DNA from: Psammoneis japonica
Taxonomy: Eukaryota
DNA length: 44,689 nucleotides
Direction: 5' to 3'
Assembly (NCBI GenBank): GCA_008632985.1
Contig: QPGO01000342.1
Coordinates: 1-44,689 of the forward strand
Position 1 is the stretch's first letter; each line of letters starts with the position of its first letter. The position numbers were made by a program, and so were the translations under genes. The notes beneath the pieces are model-generated. The model made no database searches. It was given only the letters and a program-made list of their open reading frames with translations, and was not told the DNA's origin. Below, piece by piece: positions 18,448 to 31,784 of the stretch.

Positions 18448-21400
18448 ATGTCTCGCACCATGGCCGGTTTCAAGAAAAACAAACAAAACCGTAATTCTAC
18501 CCTCGATCGTTTCTTTCCGTCCAAAAGCACGCAGAGAAGTTCGCTTTCCGATAAGGAAAATTCGTCTAATTCTAATGGCGTTGTGACGATGCAATCTGAC
18601 AAGAAGAAACCCAAAGTCAAGGACAACGTGTCGCAGTCTCTGGAAAGCAGGACAAGTACCACGGCGGCGGCTGTACCGGCCAGCACCGCCGGTGACGACG
18701 TGCTGCCCAAGAAACGAGTATTGGGACTTTTACGAGTTTCCAGCAAAAACCCGACTCGTGAAAATCTTGTGAATAACGATGCAATTATACTCCGAGAAGG
18801 TTCCATTCTTGGTCGTGGTGACAAAGCTGCCAAGAGCAAAAAGTTGAATCTGGGAACACCCCTGGATTTTGTCGGAGTCTCCCGCAATCACTCAAAAGTC
18901 AAGGCAGTGACGCATGATTCGGTTGCATTTTCACAAGACAAGGCCGTAAATGGTGTCCGCGTTTGTCATTTTCCAAAGGAAAGAATCGTCCATGGCAAGA
19001 AAGAGATCGCAAAGGCGAAACTCAGCAAGCCAAACGGGACCATCATGGTGCATGTCGGAGAAGTGTTGGAAGTGGATGCCTGCAAAAGCACCAACCCTGA
19101 AAAACTCGGATCACCCAACCAGCTTTTCAGAACTGTCATCATGGATGACAATGGCAGCTCTGCCGTGCGTGCACCCGATGCAGCGCCCTTTTCTTCTTTG
19201 CCAGAACTGATGGAATCATCTCTGAAGTCTCAACCAGACGAGAAGCCGTCAGCTCGAGCTACCAAGCAGTCGACAGAATCTCTGTTTTCTCCAAAAGAGC
19301 AACACAAAAAGGCTCCAGAGAAGAAGAACCAAGACAAGCTCACTGGTGAGCCTACATCCGAATCAACCAAGCCAACGGCAGAGCCACCGAAACGGTCTAT
19401 GGGATCCAGAGCCCAAGAAACCAAGGATTACGGTAAGCCTACATCCGGATCGACCAAGGCGGATCGTAAGAAAACAAGATGTGGGGAGCGACAGCGATTT
19501 CGATAAAGATTCAAGTTCTCCGGAAGCAACGAAGCAAGCTCCTCGTACAAAAGTAGCAGAAGAACAAGCGTCTCCCGCAAAACAGCCAACGGCGTGCAAA
19601 CAAGAGACACTGGCTTCTCCGACGGACCTAGACTTGACGCAGTCCCTTCCGTCTCCTCCAGCTGAGGAAGCAACAGGATCACCGGTGCGAGCCACAAGCC
19701 TTTCGATGCAGTCCTTTCCCTCTCCAGAAAAGCAGGTCTCCGAAAACAAGACTATCGGTAAGGTCAAGAAGGAGCAAAAACCCTCCAAGCTGGCGGAGGA
19801 ACCTCCAAGACGGTCCAAGAGATCGCGAGACGCGAAAATCAAGGCCTTAGAGGCTCGTAAGAAACACGCCGAAGACGATAGCGACAGTGATTCCGAACCA
19901 CTCAGTTCATGGAAATCAAAGAAACGCGCTCCTCCAGATGCGAGAATCAAGGCTTTAGAGACTCGTAAGAACCAAGCTGAAGACGAGAGCGACAGTGATG
20001 CGGAACCACTCAGACCACCCAGTTATTGGAAATCGAAGAAACGCGCTCCTCAAGATGAAGATGAGAGCGACAGTGATGCCGAACCACTCAGTTTCTTGGG
20101 TATCAAAGAAACTTGCTCTTCGTAAAGAAATACCCAAAAGACGAAGTGCCGCCCACAAAAAAACCGGCGACGATGAAGCAAGAAGCCAAGAAACCAGCGG
20201 CGAAGAAACCAGCAGCCAAGGTACCCTTTCGCCCACCCCTCATTGGTGATCGTTTCCGTGTTCTTTATGAAGATATTACCGATTTGTTCGGAGTCAAGCG
20301 AAGCGACTGGTAAGAAATGCTCTGTCTTGTGTGGCTTTTTGAATTCTTGTTCTCACGTTCGCGAACACTGTGATGTCCTTGTCACTCTAGGTACTTTGGT
20401 ACAGCGCGAGAGGTGGTTTGCAAAAAGAAGAACGCAAGCTACATTATTGTCATGAAGTTCGATGACAATTTCGTATCTGAAGTAGCTTTTCCCAGCGACG
20501 ATGTGCAACGAATCCAACGGGATCCCAGCTCGGGTCTCTTTTTTGCGGACGACAAGGTGGCCTACGACGCCAATCCTACCAATTTGGAGTGCGGAGATGT
20601 TGTGGAGTGTCTGTATCAGAATGGATCCGAGGATGGAGCGCGCTTTCGAGGACGTATTGCGGCAGTTAGTGACAATGATCAGAAGCGTCTATGTGATGTT
20701 GCATATGACGATGGCGATGTGAGTTGTGTTATTGCTGATTTCTCTACTAATAGTGTATATCTTGTGACTGTATCTAACTCTACTATCTTTGCCTGCAGTA
20801 TGAACGAGACATTCCGATGGATCAAGGATACATTTATCTTGTTCGGCGTGGAGTCGACGACTTAACGTGGCTTCATAATCAACGATTCAATGAAGCATTC
20901 CGAGACCGAAAGTCGGCTGGTCGAGAGGGCAAAGTTGTCAAGTTGAGTGACGTGGACTCTCAGAAAATCCAAATCGGTTTCCCCGACGGGAAGCGAGAAG
21001 AGTGGGCGTACTCAGACGTTGCTGCTGCTATCTTTGCAGCGCATCGATACAAATGCAAAGAGGACAAAAGGGTCAAGGCGTGGCCTGCTGCGAAGAAGAA
21101 ACGCGGTTTGCCAAACGATGGACCATATGACGAGGAGCAATCGACGAAAAGGAAGCGTGTCGACAAGAACTACGCAAAGGAGATGCTAGCCCAGTTTGAG
21201 GATAAGCCAATGCAAGAATCTCAGGAACAGCAAGAGAAGGAAGAGGTGGATGCCTCTGAGGAGATTCCTATCATTCTGGGCAAGACGTTATGGAGTGCCT
21301 TGGACTCACCGGCGTTATCAAGCGCGTTGGACTCACCGGAACGCGGTTTGCCAACGATGGACCATATGACGAGGAGCAATCGACGAAAAGGAAGCGTGTC

Positions 21401-23001
21401 GACAAGAACTACGCAAAGGAGATGCTAGCCCAGTTTGAGGATAAGCCAATGCAAGAATTCAGGAACAGCAAGAGAAGGAAGAGGTGGATGCCTCTGAGGA
21501 GATTCCTATCATTCTGGGCAAGACGTTATGGAGTGCCTTGGACTCACCGGCGTTATCAAGCGCGTTGGACTCACCGGAACGCGGTTTGCCAAACGATGGA
21601 CCATATGACGAGGAGCAATCGACGAAAAGGAAGCGTGTCGACAAGAACTACGCAAAGGAGATGCTAGCCCAGTTTGAGGATAAGCCAATGCAAGAATCTC
21701 AGGAACAGCAAGAGAAGGAAGAGGTGGATGCCTCTGAGGAGATTCCTATCATTCTGGGCAAGACGTTATGGAGAGCCTTGGACTCACCGGCGTTATCGAG
21801 AGCCTTGGACTCACCGGCGTTACGGAGAGCCTTGGACTCACCGGAACCACAACGCGGTTTGCCAAACGATGGACCATATGACGAGGAGCAATCGACGAAA
21901 AGGAAGCGTGTCGACAAGAACTACGCAAAGGAGATGCTAGCCCAGTTTGAGGATAAGCCAATGCAAGAATCTCAGGAACAGCAAGAGAAGGAAGAGCTGG
22001 ATGCCTCTGAGGAGATTCCTATCATTCTGGGCAAGACGTTGTGGAGAGCCTTGGACTCACCGGAACCACATATTGGATTTGATTTATTGAAGATTCTTGT
22101 ACTACAAGGCAACGCTCCAAACGATTTGCTCGGTCGCGACTTGAAGACCATTATGATACATGGCCCAACAAGCGACGGCACTCCCTTTCCTGACCCAAAT
22201 CGGATGGAAGTGGCAGCAAACTTTGTCATCGCTGTGCTCAAGAACACGACGACATGTTTGCCACCTTCAATGTGCCCAGAATCTTGGGAAGAGATTGTCA
22301 CGTGCATTTCTCAATCATCCAAGGGAATTTATTGTGCACCGGGTGACTACTTGAAACCGGAATCTGTCAAGGCATTTCAAAGAATCGGCCCATCTCTCCA
22401 AGTCGCCAAGTACGCGGCTCAACTTCTTGAGATTCAATTGAAACGGCAACTCGATCAGTTTGTCAAGGACGAGGCTGCCACAGAAAGCAAGGCATACAGC
22501 TCACAGCCGATTGTCGAGGCGGTCTTAACATGTTCTGGAGGCATTCGCGACGCCCTCAAGACGGTCGTCCGATTGATCATAAAAGCTTGGATCCAGAATG
22601 GCCACTTTGCTCTGGCGCTTGTGAAGAATACAGGCGAATCTAGCGTTGCTCTGCAGCACTGCAACATGGAAGCCAAACGTTGCATGGATTCTCTTGGCGT
22701 CATTGCTACTTACATGACCTGGCTCTACTGTGCAGAAGAGGGAATCAGCGTCAGCTCCAAGTCGTGTGCCTTGCTCATCAAGGATGTAGTACTTTCGGAG
22801 CTACAGAACAATCCCTTTGATCCAGTACCCTTTCTTCACACTCTACGTGCGAAGCAGGGTGGTAGCCTCCTTGACACGTATCAGAAGAAGCTGAAGTTGT
22901 GGTTTGTTATGAAATTCGAACGTGATATTGCTCAACAGTTGCAGGCGAACTTGGCCAGTCACCTTGGGATCGAGCGAGAGTGGTCAATCTTGTCGCCCTG
23001 A
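18448..23001 (+). CDS. Large multi-exon protein with FHA-like N-terminus, low-complexity linker, Tudor-like domains and tandem repeats; frameshifted as assembled
   Basis: FHA-like ILGRG...GVSRNH...VNG. Tudor-like GDRFRVLY...WYFGT...KFDD and GDVVECLY...FRGRI...DVAYDDGDYE. GT-AG introns 20310-20390 and 20719-20798 restore the frame. Single-base frameshifts near 19472, 20093, 21353 and 21458. Confidence 0.7.
21101..22068 (+). repeat. Four near-identical ~240-bp coding tandem repeats with nested 27-bp ALDSPAL sub-repeats
   Basis: Units start acgcggtttgcc at 21101, 21341, 21579 and 21852 and encode RGLPNDGPYDEEQSTKRKRVDKNYAKE...LW(S/R)ALDSP. Confidence 0.95.
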
Positions 23002-23055
23002 GAACTTCTAACGCCTGAAAAGCATAAATCTATTCGGTAATTCTATGTAAGCCCT

Positions 23056-24180
23056 TTACGCGGTTTTCACTTTCTTCCTCTTCCTTCGTCCAAAGTAGCC
23101 TTTGGCGACACGATGATTTGGTTCTTCAGCAGCAATTTTAAAGACGAGCTTTTGTCCGCCTCGTGACTTCAAGACATCCCAGACCACCCGCCGCTTACGA
23201 AATCCAGTTAGCAGTGCAGAATCCTCCAACAGCTGCTTTACCTTATTCCGGTCAACTCGACCAGTCGTTGGCGAGCGGATAAGGTCTTGCAGCGTAGTTT
23301 CCACCACTGGCGACATGCTAGGATTCTGAAATAGCCGATTCAACGCATATGGATAAAGCACCTGCAACACATTGAAGCTTGGATCAAGGCTTATTGCAAT
23401 TCCTTCCAAAGTACTGAGTGCCCGTGCGTTGCAGTCGAAACTTGAACCTAGGCACAAGTCTTGCAAGCGCTAGTCAATCCGTACAAAAAGCAAGCATGAG
23501 ATTTCGTTACCGAGGAATGTGCTACTGACAAAAATCTTCGCGAACGTACCATCAAGAAGCTTGTCGAAACGAAGCTTTGGAATTCTCGTGCCGTCTGGAT
23601 CATTCTCATCTGGCTCAGGGTATTGTAACGACTCAGCCATGGTCTGTTCTAGAGCTTCTGCCAGCGCTGCTCGTTCTTCCTCATCTTCCAAAATCTCTCC
23701 CGGCATCAACTCAAGTTCACCAAACAATTTTGCAATCGCATCAATGTCCTTTGCAAATACAAGGTACGCCACGCTGCAAACCAACGCATCTCGTACCGTC
23801 TCTGGAATTGTTGACAGCAATCCAAAATCAAGGTATCCCAAAGTAACCTCATTATCGTCTGTACCGACTTTGAGAAGATTACCGGCTTGTGGATCTGCCT
23901 TCAGTACTCCAGTCACCAGCAGCTGGCTCAAGGTGGCTTGGATTACAATTTCGACAAGAGCAAGATTCTCGGCAACAGCCTCTGTTTCGTTTACTTGCAC
24001 AGACGTCAACTTGGTCCCGTCAATCCACTCCATAACGAGAACATTTTCGGTACAGAGGTCGGAATATATTTCAGGCACAACAACACTCACGTCCCGCGAA
24101 GTTCCCTTTTTCGACCCATAAAGACTTGAGAATTTTGCTGCGTTTTAAGCTTCCTTTTCGTAATCCAATTCTTCAAAGAC
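23056..24180 (-). pseudogene. ABC1/UbiB atypical kinase, C-terminal portion, degraded
   Basis: VFEELDYEKEA* upstream, then VVVPEIY...VLVMEWIDGTKL, GVLKADPQAGNLL (canonical HADPHxGN altered), YLDFGL and RALSTLEGIAISLDPSF. N-terminus missing. Confidence 0.8.
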
Positions 24181-25147
24181 ACGTGACATGAATTCCTCGG
24201 CGGCGTCGAGAACGTCTGTATTCACAAGTCTCTTGACCTTGCCTTGCTGCTTGTTGTTTGGAAGCGCCGTACTGTATATATTCGCTTCGCATAATTGCCG
24301 CTCGGCATGCTACGGGTTGGCCCCGACGCGAAGCTTCACATGGAGCTAGTAGGTCTTCACGCCGGACCAGGATGGCATTTCGAATGATCTCCTTTCCTTG
24401 TATTGTCGACTCTGCCCGCGGTGTTCTAAACGACAAAAATCTTATTCGCCTCACCGCAGAAGCGTGGCTGCATCATCTTGCATTGTGCGCAGAGATTGGT
24501 GCTCCTTGGACGCTTCCAGAAGTTCTATCATGCGGGGGTACTCTAATATTTTGAAGTCAAGAGCGCACCGCACCGGACCGCTTTGCCGAGAGGACGTTGT
24601 AACTGCAGGTTTCATCAAAATTGGACTCTTGAGCTATTCGCAGTGGTGGGCGGATGAACGAGGATACGGTAGGTACCGGTACCAACCAGAGGCCATCAGT
24701 CGAGCTTCCTACCGTACTGTTCTACTGAAAAACATGGCTGAGGTGCTGAGTGCTGACCAAGTGGGATACCTATGTAGACTAAGCCACCCCACAGTCATTG
24801 ATCAACGTGGTGAAAGCTTGCTCTTTGATGGATGTGGTGAAACCCTTTACGAGTACCGTCACCGAAGCGTGTTGACCTATTCCGAAACAATGTCTCGACC
24901 ACTGACGTTTCTAGTACCCTTTATTGGTAAAGAAACAGCGCTGAACCCACTCTGGTTGCTTGTGACCAAGACGCAAAAAAGAACAAGCGAGGCCGAGGAA
25001 TGTTAGCAATGGCATGACATTGCACAAGCTTGGGTACGCCGTTTTGCCAAATTTAGAATCTTACGATCTCCGAACTCCAAGATTTCCTTCCCTCCGACAC
25101 AACCACGCTTCACTAACAGGGCCTACGACGCTTCACATGCATGCCAC

Positions 25148-26270
25148 ATGATGCCGCCACATGCAACATCATGCTCAATAGCAACAACAACAGGAACAAA
25201 CAACGCAGCAATGATGTCGTCGCTTCCAAGAGCAGAAGAAGCAACACGGTGTGTTCGTACCACAAGCGAACGCCACTATACAAATAAAGAGATAACTCGA
25301 GTGCTGATGCTACAGACTGTATTCAGAAGTGGCAGCATTGTCGACGAAGCCACCCTCGTTGACCTGAAGTCTCGATTGGACTTGACTCCGCTTGCTCTCG
25401 TGGTGGCTGTGACATCCTTTGGTGGACCCAGATGCAAGTCTCTCCTTAACGATTTGCCTTTGCTCAAAAAGACTACGCAAGTGGTTCTGCTTGCTGTGGT
25501 TCTGCCCCGTCAAACCCCAAATTTTGATTTTACATACTGATCAAATTGGGCTTGAACGAGATGCCGTGTCTGGGTTGAGCATTCGCACCAATCTTCAAGA
25601 GATCAGCAGCACTAATGGAGGGGGCTGCTTTCCATCTATTACCCGTACTTTTAGCACCAACAATGCCAAGAATCCTTCCGTGTGCTGTCCTGACGGTTCA
25701 TTGGATCCCAATTCCTGTCCCACCAACCCCTTGGATGTGCTACGAATGGTGCAACAATGGGCTACACGCTAGAACAAATCACCAAGGCGGGAACGGATTC
25801 CAATTTGGGTCTCGGTTGCGGCAATCCCACGAGCTTTGCCAGCCTACTTGAGAATGAGACAATTCTCTATTTGTGAAGTGGCGCTGGAGTCGATTGCTTT
25901 TTGGCTGCCGACGTTGTGGGACCGTCCTGCACTTTCATTACCGTGTCGACATGAAACCCTACATGATTTACAAGGCACGAACTCACGCCAACAAGAAGCA
26001 TATGACGACCAATGTCGAATTATATTCCGTTTGGGAGCGATGGAACACCTTCCCGTAGCCGACGGCCCGGTAGCAATTGCGTCATTGATCTCAATCCTGA
26101 CAAGCCGCAGGTGTCTCGAGAAATACACCGCAATCTCAAACGGGGTTGTCGCATTGCCGTGTCGGACGTCGTGATTCGCCCTGAAAAGATCATACCCGAT
26201 ACCCCATTGCTTCAAGACGGCCGAGGCGATGACATTGTGGATACATTCGCCCCGCAACTTGTACCGACGA
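25148..26270 (+). pseudogene. Arsenite S-adenosylmethionine methyltransferase (ArsM/AS3MT) pseudogene
   Basis: Across frames: NLGLGCGNPTSFA, L*SGAGVDCFLAADVVGP, DMKPYMIYKAR, FRLGAMEHLPVAD, SNCVIDLNPDKPQV...IAVSDVV. Contains stops and frameshifts. 5' boundary uncertain. Confidence 0.85.
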
Positions 26271-28613
26271 AGCCTTTCGATCCATGTGGGCCGAGTTTGA
26301 ATGGGAAAACAAGGTGACCATTTCAACGTTGGTTCCCAACTTGTTGGATTTTCTCCATGACATTCTGTCGAGTCGACCAACATGCGTTGCCTCACTCTGC
26401 ACGACACGTCGGAAACGGGAAGCTTCCTTACCGCCAATCTCTACGCACAACAGTGTTTGTTCTCGATGCGTGCTTGCCGAATGTTTCCCGGTTTCGTGTT
26501 GGATACTGCGTGACACGCTTTTTCATGAGTAGTGTGTGTTAAAACCGGGAGAAACGCGAAACTGTCGGCACCGGCAAGGTGCCTTGCGACGCATTCAGCA
26601 CTATATTGGAAGCACGAGAGCCTGCCAGTGTGGGATCAGTCCATACGCGTACCTTTAGCGCAATTGCGTATCATGTCAAGTTGCTGATACAACTCGAGTT
26701 TCGTAGTCTTTGAACCGACGACTAACACAAGCGTGCTTTTGTTGTTGTTGTTTTTTTTTTAGCGAAGACGTCCTTGTCCACGACAACGATGGCAAGTTGG
26801 CTGGGTGCATACGGATTCGTTCCAAGGCGCAAGGTGTTGCTCGGAGTTGGGAAGATATCATCACCAGCGTCCAGAGATCCATGTCTGAAGCCAAGGAGTA
26901 AACAAAAAGGTTTGGGATAGAGAACACAAAAGTATGCTCTTAACTAAAAATAAAACTTCCTGGGCATGACACTGCATGAACTGGCGCTACCGGTATGTGT
27001 TTTCAGCCTACTCTCTAGAGGCTTGTTCACTACTATAGTGTTGATCGTTCCCATGAACCAATCGGGGACGGGCCGTATCAAAAAGAAAAGAACCGAGAGA
27101 CTGGGCAGCATGTGGATCAAAGCAAAATTCACTGGCGACTGCTAGTGTCGATTGCTTCCTTGATTCAAATAAGGACGCGCCATAAAAAAAAAACAGAGGC
27201 TGGGCAGTATGTGGATCAAGCATCTAGCAATACATGCCGTGTGGTTGGCGATAGCAATAAGATTGTATGGGACCCATTTGAACGAGATGATTGAAAAGCT
27301 ACTACATGAATGTAAACAAGTTCTATACTGTATTTTTTCTTGACGCCACGGAATGTTCTCCTTTGTTTATTACAATAGAGAGGAGCCGCAATCCTTCATG
27401 GCGAATATACAAAGCCATTCCGTGACGCCCATACTTACCTTAACATTTCCATTCTTCCAAGGTCCATTCTCCGCATCCGAAATAAGTAAGGGTTTTGGTT
27501 CGTTGACTACCGCGGGTCTTGAGCAAATACAGAGTCGTCGAGTCGTTGAAGCACCAATCATGCCTGGTACACATTTTGTTCCGGAAAACACTAAGCCGCG
27601 GGGCGGGACCCACTGTTACTTGAACCTTGGTACTTCAAAAAGTCTGACTGCCGCATCGTTTCAAGTCGGGTTGTCGAACCGGGGTATAGGGTGTATTTCT
27701 ATGTTGACAAAAAGAATATGAAAAGCAACGTCAGTAAACAAATCTCAAATGAAAAGAAAAATAGACACGAAATCGACTTACATTGGGGGTGCATTCGAAT
27801 GTACGTAACGTAACACAACGAACGCACCCCATGGTACTGGCTAGCAGTGCCTTCAGACATGTCCTTCAGCCGATCAAAAATGTCCTCGGCCGGTGACGGT
27901 CGGCTTCAGTCGTTACTCTCGCCAGTTATTTACAGTACAGTACAGTGACGACCGCTGCCAAACAGCTGTTAAGTAAACGTGGAACAACTGATAGTAAAAC
28001 GATCGGACGTTTCTTAGCCGAACTTCAAGTTCCCTTTCAGCCAATCCGATCCTCACAAGAAAACGGTCGAAACGATGAAGAGCGAATTGGATCTCTCGAT
28101 TTTTCCCGTGATACCTTCGGACATCATACGTGACCTCCTAAGAAGTCCCAAGATGTTCCCTTGCAGGATGTGCACTTAAAGAAGAACCCAGGAATGTTCC
28201 TACATGACAAGAACAGAATTTGTGTGGAAAAGAAAGAACCAAAAGAACATTCTGCGAAATCGCCGCTCCAGAAATTCACTTCATAATTTCACACTTTTAC
28301 AGTCTCACTTTTCATGAACGACTCTTAAATTTACCACAATCACCCACAATGGGCCTTGTGCCACATGACAGGTTCGTCGTTTTGGGGTCAGATGTCTCGG
28401 GCGAACGCGAGTGAGAAGCTCAGATTCGGTCTTGAAGGGTGCATCATCCCACACGAGGATCAGCTCACCAACAATGACTTTCTTCTTCACTTCTCTCAAA
28501 CACTCCAAAAGCATCAAATTTCCAAGGTTGCTGCACCCGTCATTGCAACATCATTGTTTTTCTCGATCATCGACACTCTTTCGTGTGCTGCAAGCATTGA
28601 GTTGTGCGCCCCT

Positions 28614-28725
28614 TGATGTCATGGTGATGTCATGTTCACGTGATGAATTTTTGTGTGATGTCACATCATCAAATTTTGCATTTGCACACAAATGCCAACA
28701 GCAACAGGAAAAATCCTGAACCACA
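28614..28725 (+). repeat. Segment shared with the left end of the TIR element (14327-14448)
   Basis: ggtgatgtcatg...tgcacacaaa(t/c)gccaa(ca/tg)gca(a/g)caggaaaaatcctgaacca occurs in both places. Confidence 0.75.
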
Positions 28726-29019
28726 TTTTACTTGGCGACACACACATGTTCGCAAGAATGTGGGTGTGCTCGACTCAACGCATGTGATGATGTCATCGCA
28801 CATCACCCACACCTGCTGTGCATCCCACAGGACCACTTGCAAAGGGGTGTGAGTTGTGACACCTGTCAGAGAGCTTTGTTGGTTTCCGGGAAAGCTCAGT
28901 TTTTGGTGACAGTGAAGTTTGATCTCAGCACAACTCAATCGGGCGGCGCGCTTTTCAAAAATCCAGCTCCCGCGCCAATCGACACAAAATTCAATTGGGT
29001 GCCCAAAGGGCCAGCCACT

Positions 29020-29725
29020 GCCAGGGACTCATTGGCGTGTCACACTGAATGGTGGAACTGGGGTGTTTTGACATCACAGTTGCAGTGTCCCTCATGTCCT
29101 TGCATCCAGCGGCACCAAGGGTTGGACACCTGGACAAGGTGCTCCACATCTTTGCTTGTTTGAAGGCGCATGGAAAGTCTGCCATGGTGTTCAACAACAC
29201 CCCCAACTGACTCTCAACCAACCACACTTTCAAGAGTGTGGCTGGATGGAACACCATCCTGGGGCAGCTGAAGCTGTCCTGAGCAGGGACCTCCCCAAGG
29301 CACTGGGCAACAGCATTGCCACCACTTGTTTCGTCGACACGGGCCATGCTGGTTGCCGTGTGACATGACGATCCCACACTGGGATCATCATCTTTTTGCA
29401 ATGGGCCCCAATTTTGTGGTGCTCCAAGCGGCAGAATGCTGCACTGTCCTCAACCTTTTGGCTTGAATTCATTGCAATGAAAACTGCAGCAGAGAGCAGA
29501 TCCAAGCTTTGCACTGCAAGCTGTGAATGCTCGGTGTCCCCATCAAGGGACCAACCAATGTTTTCTGTGACAATGAGGCTGTGTTTGAGAACTCTGCATG
29601 GCTGGAGTCAACACTCGAGAAGAAGCACAATGCCATCGCCTGTCACCGGACACATGAGGTGCAGGCAGCTGGCATCATGCAGATTGCTTGGGAGGATGGA
29701 TGCACAAATCCAGTGGATGCATTGA
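29020..29725 (+). mobile_element. Copia RT C-terminus / RNase H remnant from a different lineage than 790-7898, heavily decayed
   Basis: QGLIGV...VELG, FVDTGHAGCRVT*RSHTGIIIFLQWAPILWCSKRQN, EFIAMKTA, KL*MLGVPIKGPTNVFCDNEAV, KKHNAIACHR, WEDGCTNPVD. Confidence 0.88.
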
Positions 29726-29729
29726 GGTG

Positions 29730-31440
29730 CTTTGGTGAATTGGCTGATCCAAAATGGACAGGCTGGGATTTTCCCCTCAAAATGGAAGGGGTTTTGCCCA
29801 TCCTGATGGAAGTGATGCAGCGAGATTTTGCCTGGACAGCAATGCAAAAGGCATGGGTTGTGTTTTGAACTGACCCAGCTGGGGCCAGTGTCAGCTCCAG
29901 GGGACTGAGCAACTCCAGCCATGCTGTCACCAGACAAGCGTTAGAACCGTTTGGCAAAGACCACCACTGTGGGTGGCTCAGAGCGACCCTCACAATTTAC
30001 AGAATCCTGTTGATTGCTGCAACAACACTTTTCTGTCAGATCTCATCCAATTCTTGGCAAGTGCAGCATGCTTGCCATTGTTCCAAGTTGCCTTTGCTCT
30101 GTCCAAGACTTTTTGGCTCAAGTTTGGTGTTGCATGGGTTTGGAGAACTCTGTGCCAAGAGCCTCTGGTTTGGATGAAGTCTCTCCAGCAGATTTTCTTG
30201 AAAAAGAGTGAGAGAGTTAGGAGCTTCTTGTGTTGCAGTCACTGCAGCCACTGCCATTTAAATGCCAAGCACCCTCCATTGGACATTGCACCCCCACAAA
30301 GTGGCACTGCACAACTGGGCATGAGCCAACGAGCAATGGCATCTGTTGGGTGGGTGAGTTTGGCATCTCTTGCTCCTCAAGCCAAGAAAGTCTCATGAGA
30401 AGCTCTCATTTGCAAACACTGGAGGCTGTCTGCAAGGGACGCAGCACACAAATGACAAGCTCATGGCACACTGCCAGCATGGATCTTGTCAAGCTGAGCT
30501 GTCAAGTCTGGCCAGAGCTGGCAGCTGCTCCATTGCAGTGGTGTCAAATCATTGCCACTTTTGTTTTGTGGACATGAGCTTGTTGCGCCAGAGTGGCAAA
30601 AATTGCAGCACTGCCAGTTGGCACAGGTGGCATCTCATTTGAGGACATGCATTGCTTTCCACATGTGATCTCTTGTCTTCCTTGTCTAGATCTGTCTGAG
30701 ATGCTGTGTCCATCCATTGGCTGCATCTGATGGAGTTGACCCTGCTCTGCAATGATTGGCAAACCTGGACCAGCTGCACTTGGGAGCAAGCAGCCCAGGA
30801 GCTTTCCACTTGTGCCTTGGACTGGGCAATGCTCTTGTTTGGAATGGAGGCAATTCCCCTAGAGTGACACCATTTGGGCCAGTGCATGCAGCCTTGCCTG
30901 GCTGTGCCCTCTCTCAGGTGGTTGGCTCGAGTTTTGGCAGGGTGGGCTGTTTGAAAGAAGACCTCCATTGTCCAGCACCACATGAGGTGTTGGGTGACCT
31001 GTTTGGCCCAGGTGGCAATGACAGCACCTCTCCCACCTTTGTTGCTCTTGAGTGCAGATGAGGCAGTGCAGCAAGTTGGCTGTCTCTCCAGCCCAAGGCA
31101 TGAGCGAAAGAAATCTTCTTTGTGTGGCAGTTGATTGCTGGCACCCATGATTGCCCACAAGCCTGAGAGTGGCTCTCCAACAGTGGCATCACAGCCCCAC
31201 AAGTGCAAACCTGGCACTCAAATTAGAGGAAAGCACTTTGCAGGTGCCTTCACTGAGCATGTCTTGCACGAGACTCAGCGCAGCTTGCTCCAGGCTGGCA
31301 AGCTGTGGTGGTGAGCACCTGGTGCCACACAGTGCAGCCCGAGCCTCATTATTTGGAAGCACCTTCGCTTTTTCAAATTGATGTGAAGCCTTCAGCCATC
31401 AACACATAGCCTGGCGAGAGAGCTTGATCACCAGCCCATC
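29730..31440. mobile_element. Unclassified decayed repeat-like sequence depleted in both TA and CG
   Basis: Composition only (saturated with TG/CA) and contiguity with the copia remnant. No motif recognised. Confidence 0.4.
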
Positions 31441-31784
31441 CCATCAGCACGCACCCGTCGCCATGGTGACGGAACTTACGCGCGGGTTGCGCATGAGAAG
31501 CGCAGCGCGCACTTTTGTTTAGGTTTTTTGTCGAGATTGAACTAGAAACAAATAACTTCTTTGTTACTTTTCATTATAAAATTTGTCCGGCATTTCGAAA
31601 TTCAATACCCACGAAAGATCCGTTGCAATTTCTTGCGTTTTCTCAGACGAGCAAAACCCACAAACTGAAAACGAAAACAACAACAAGTAAGAACGGCGGC
31701 AACGACACAAAAGAAACTATATCAACAGGGCATTGTACTTGCTTACTTTCTTTCGATTGTAGCATGCATCGAATTGGATGCACG

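Noticed and set aside
21101..22068. CRISPR-like array
   Set aside because: Contiguous coding tandem repeats without unique spacers, in a eukaryotic gene.
29730..31440. Many overlapping Cys/His/Trp-rich ORFs
   Set aside because: Compositional artefact of TG/CA saturation.
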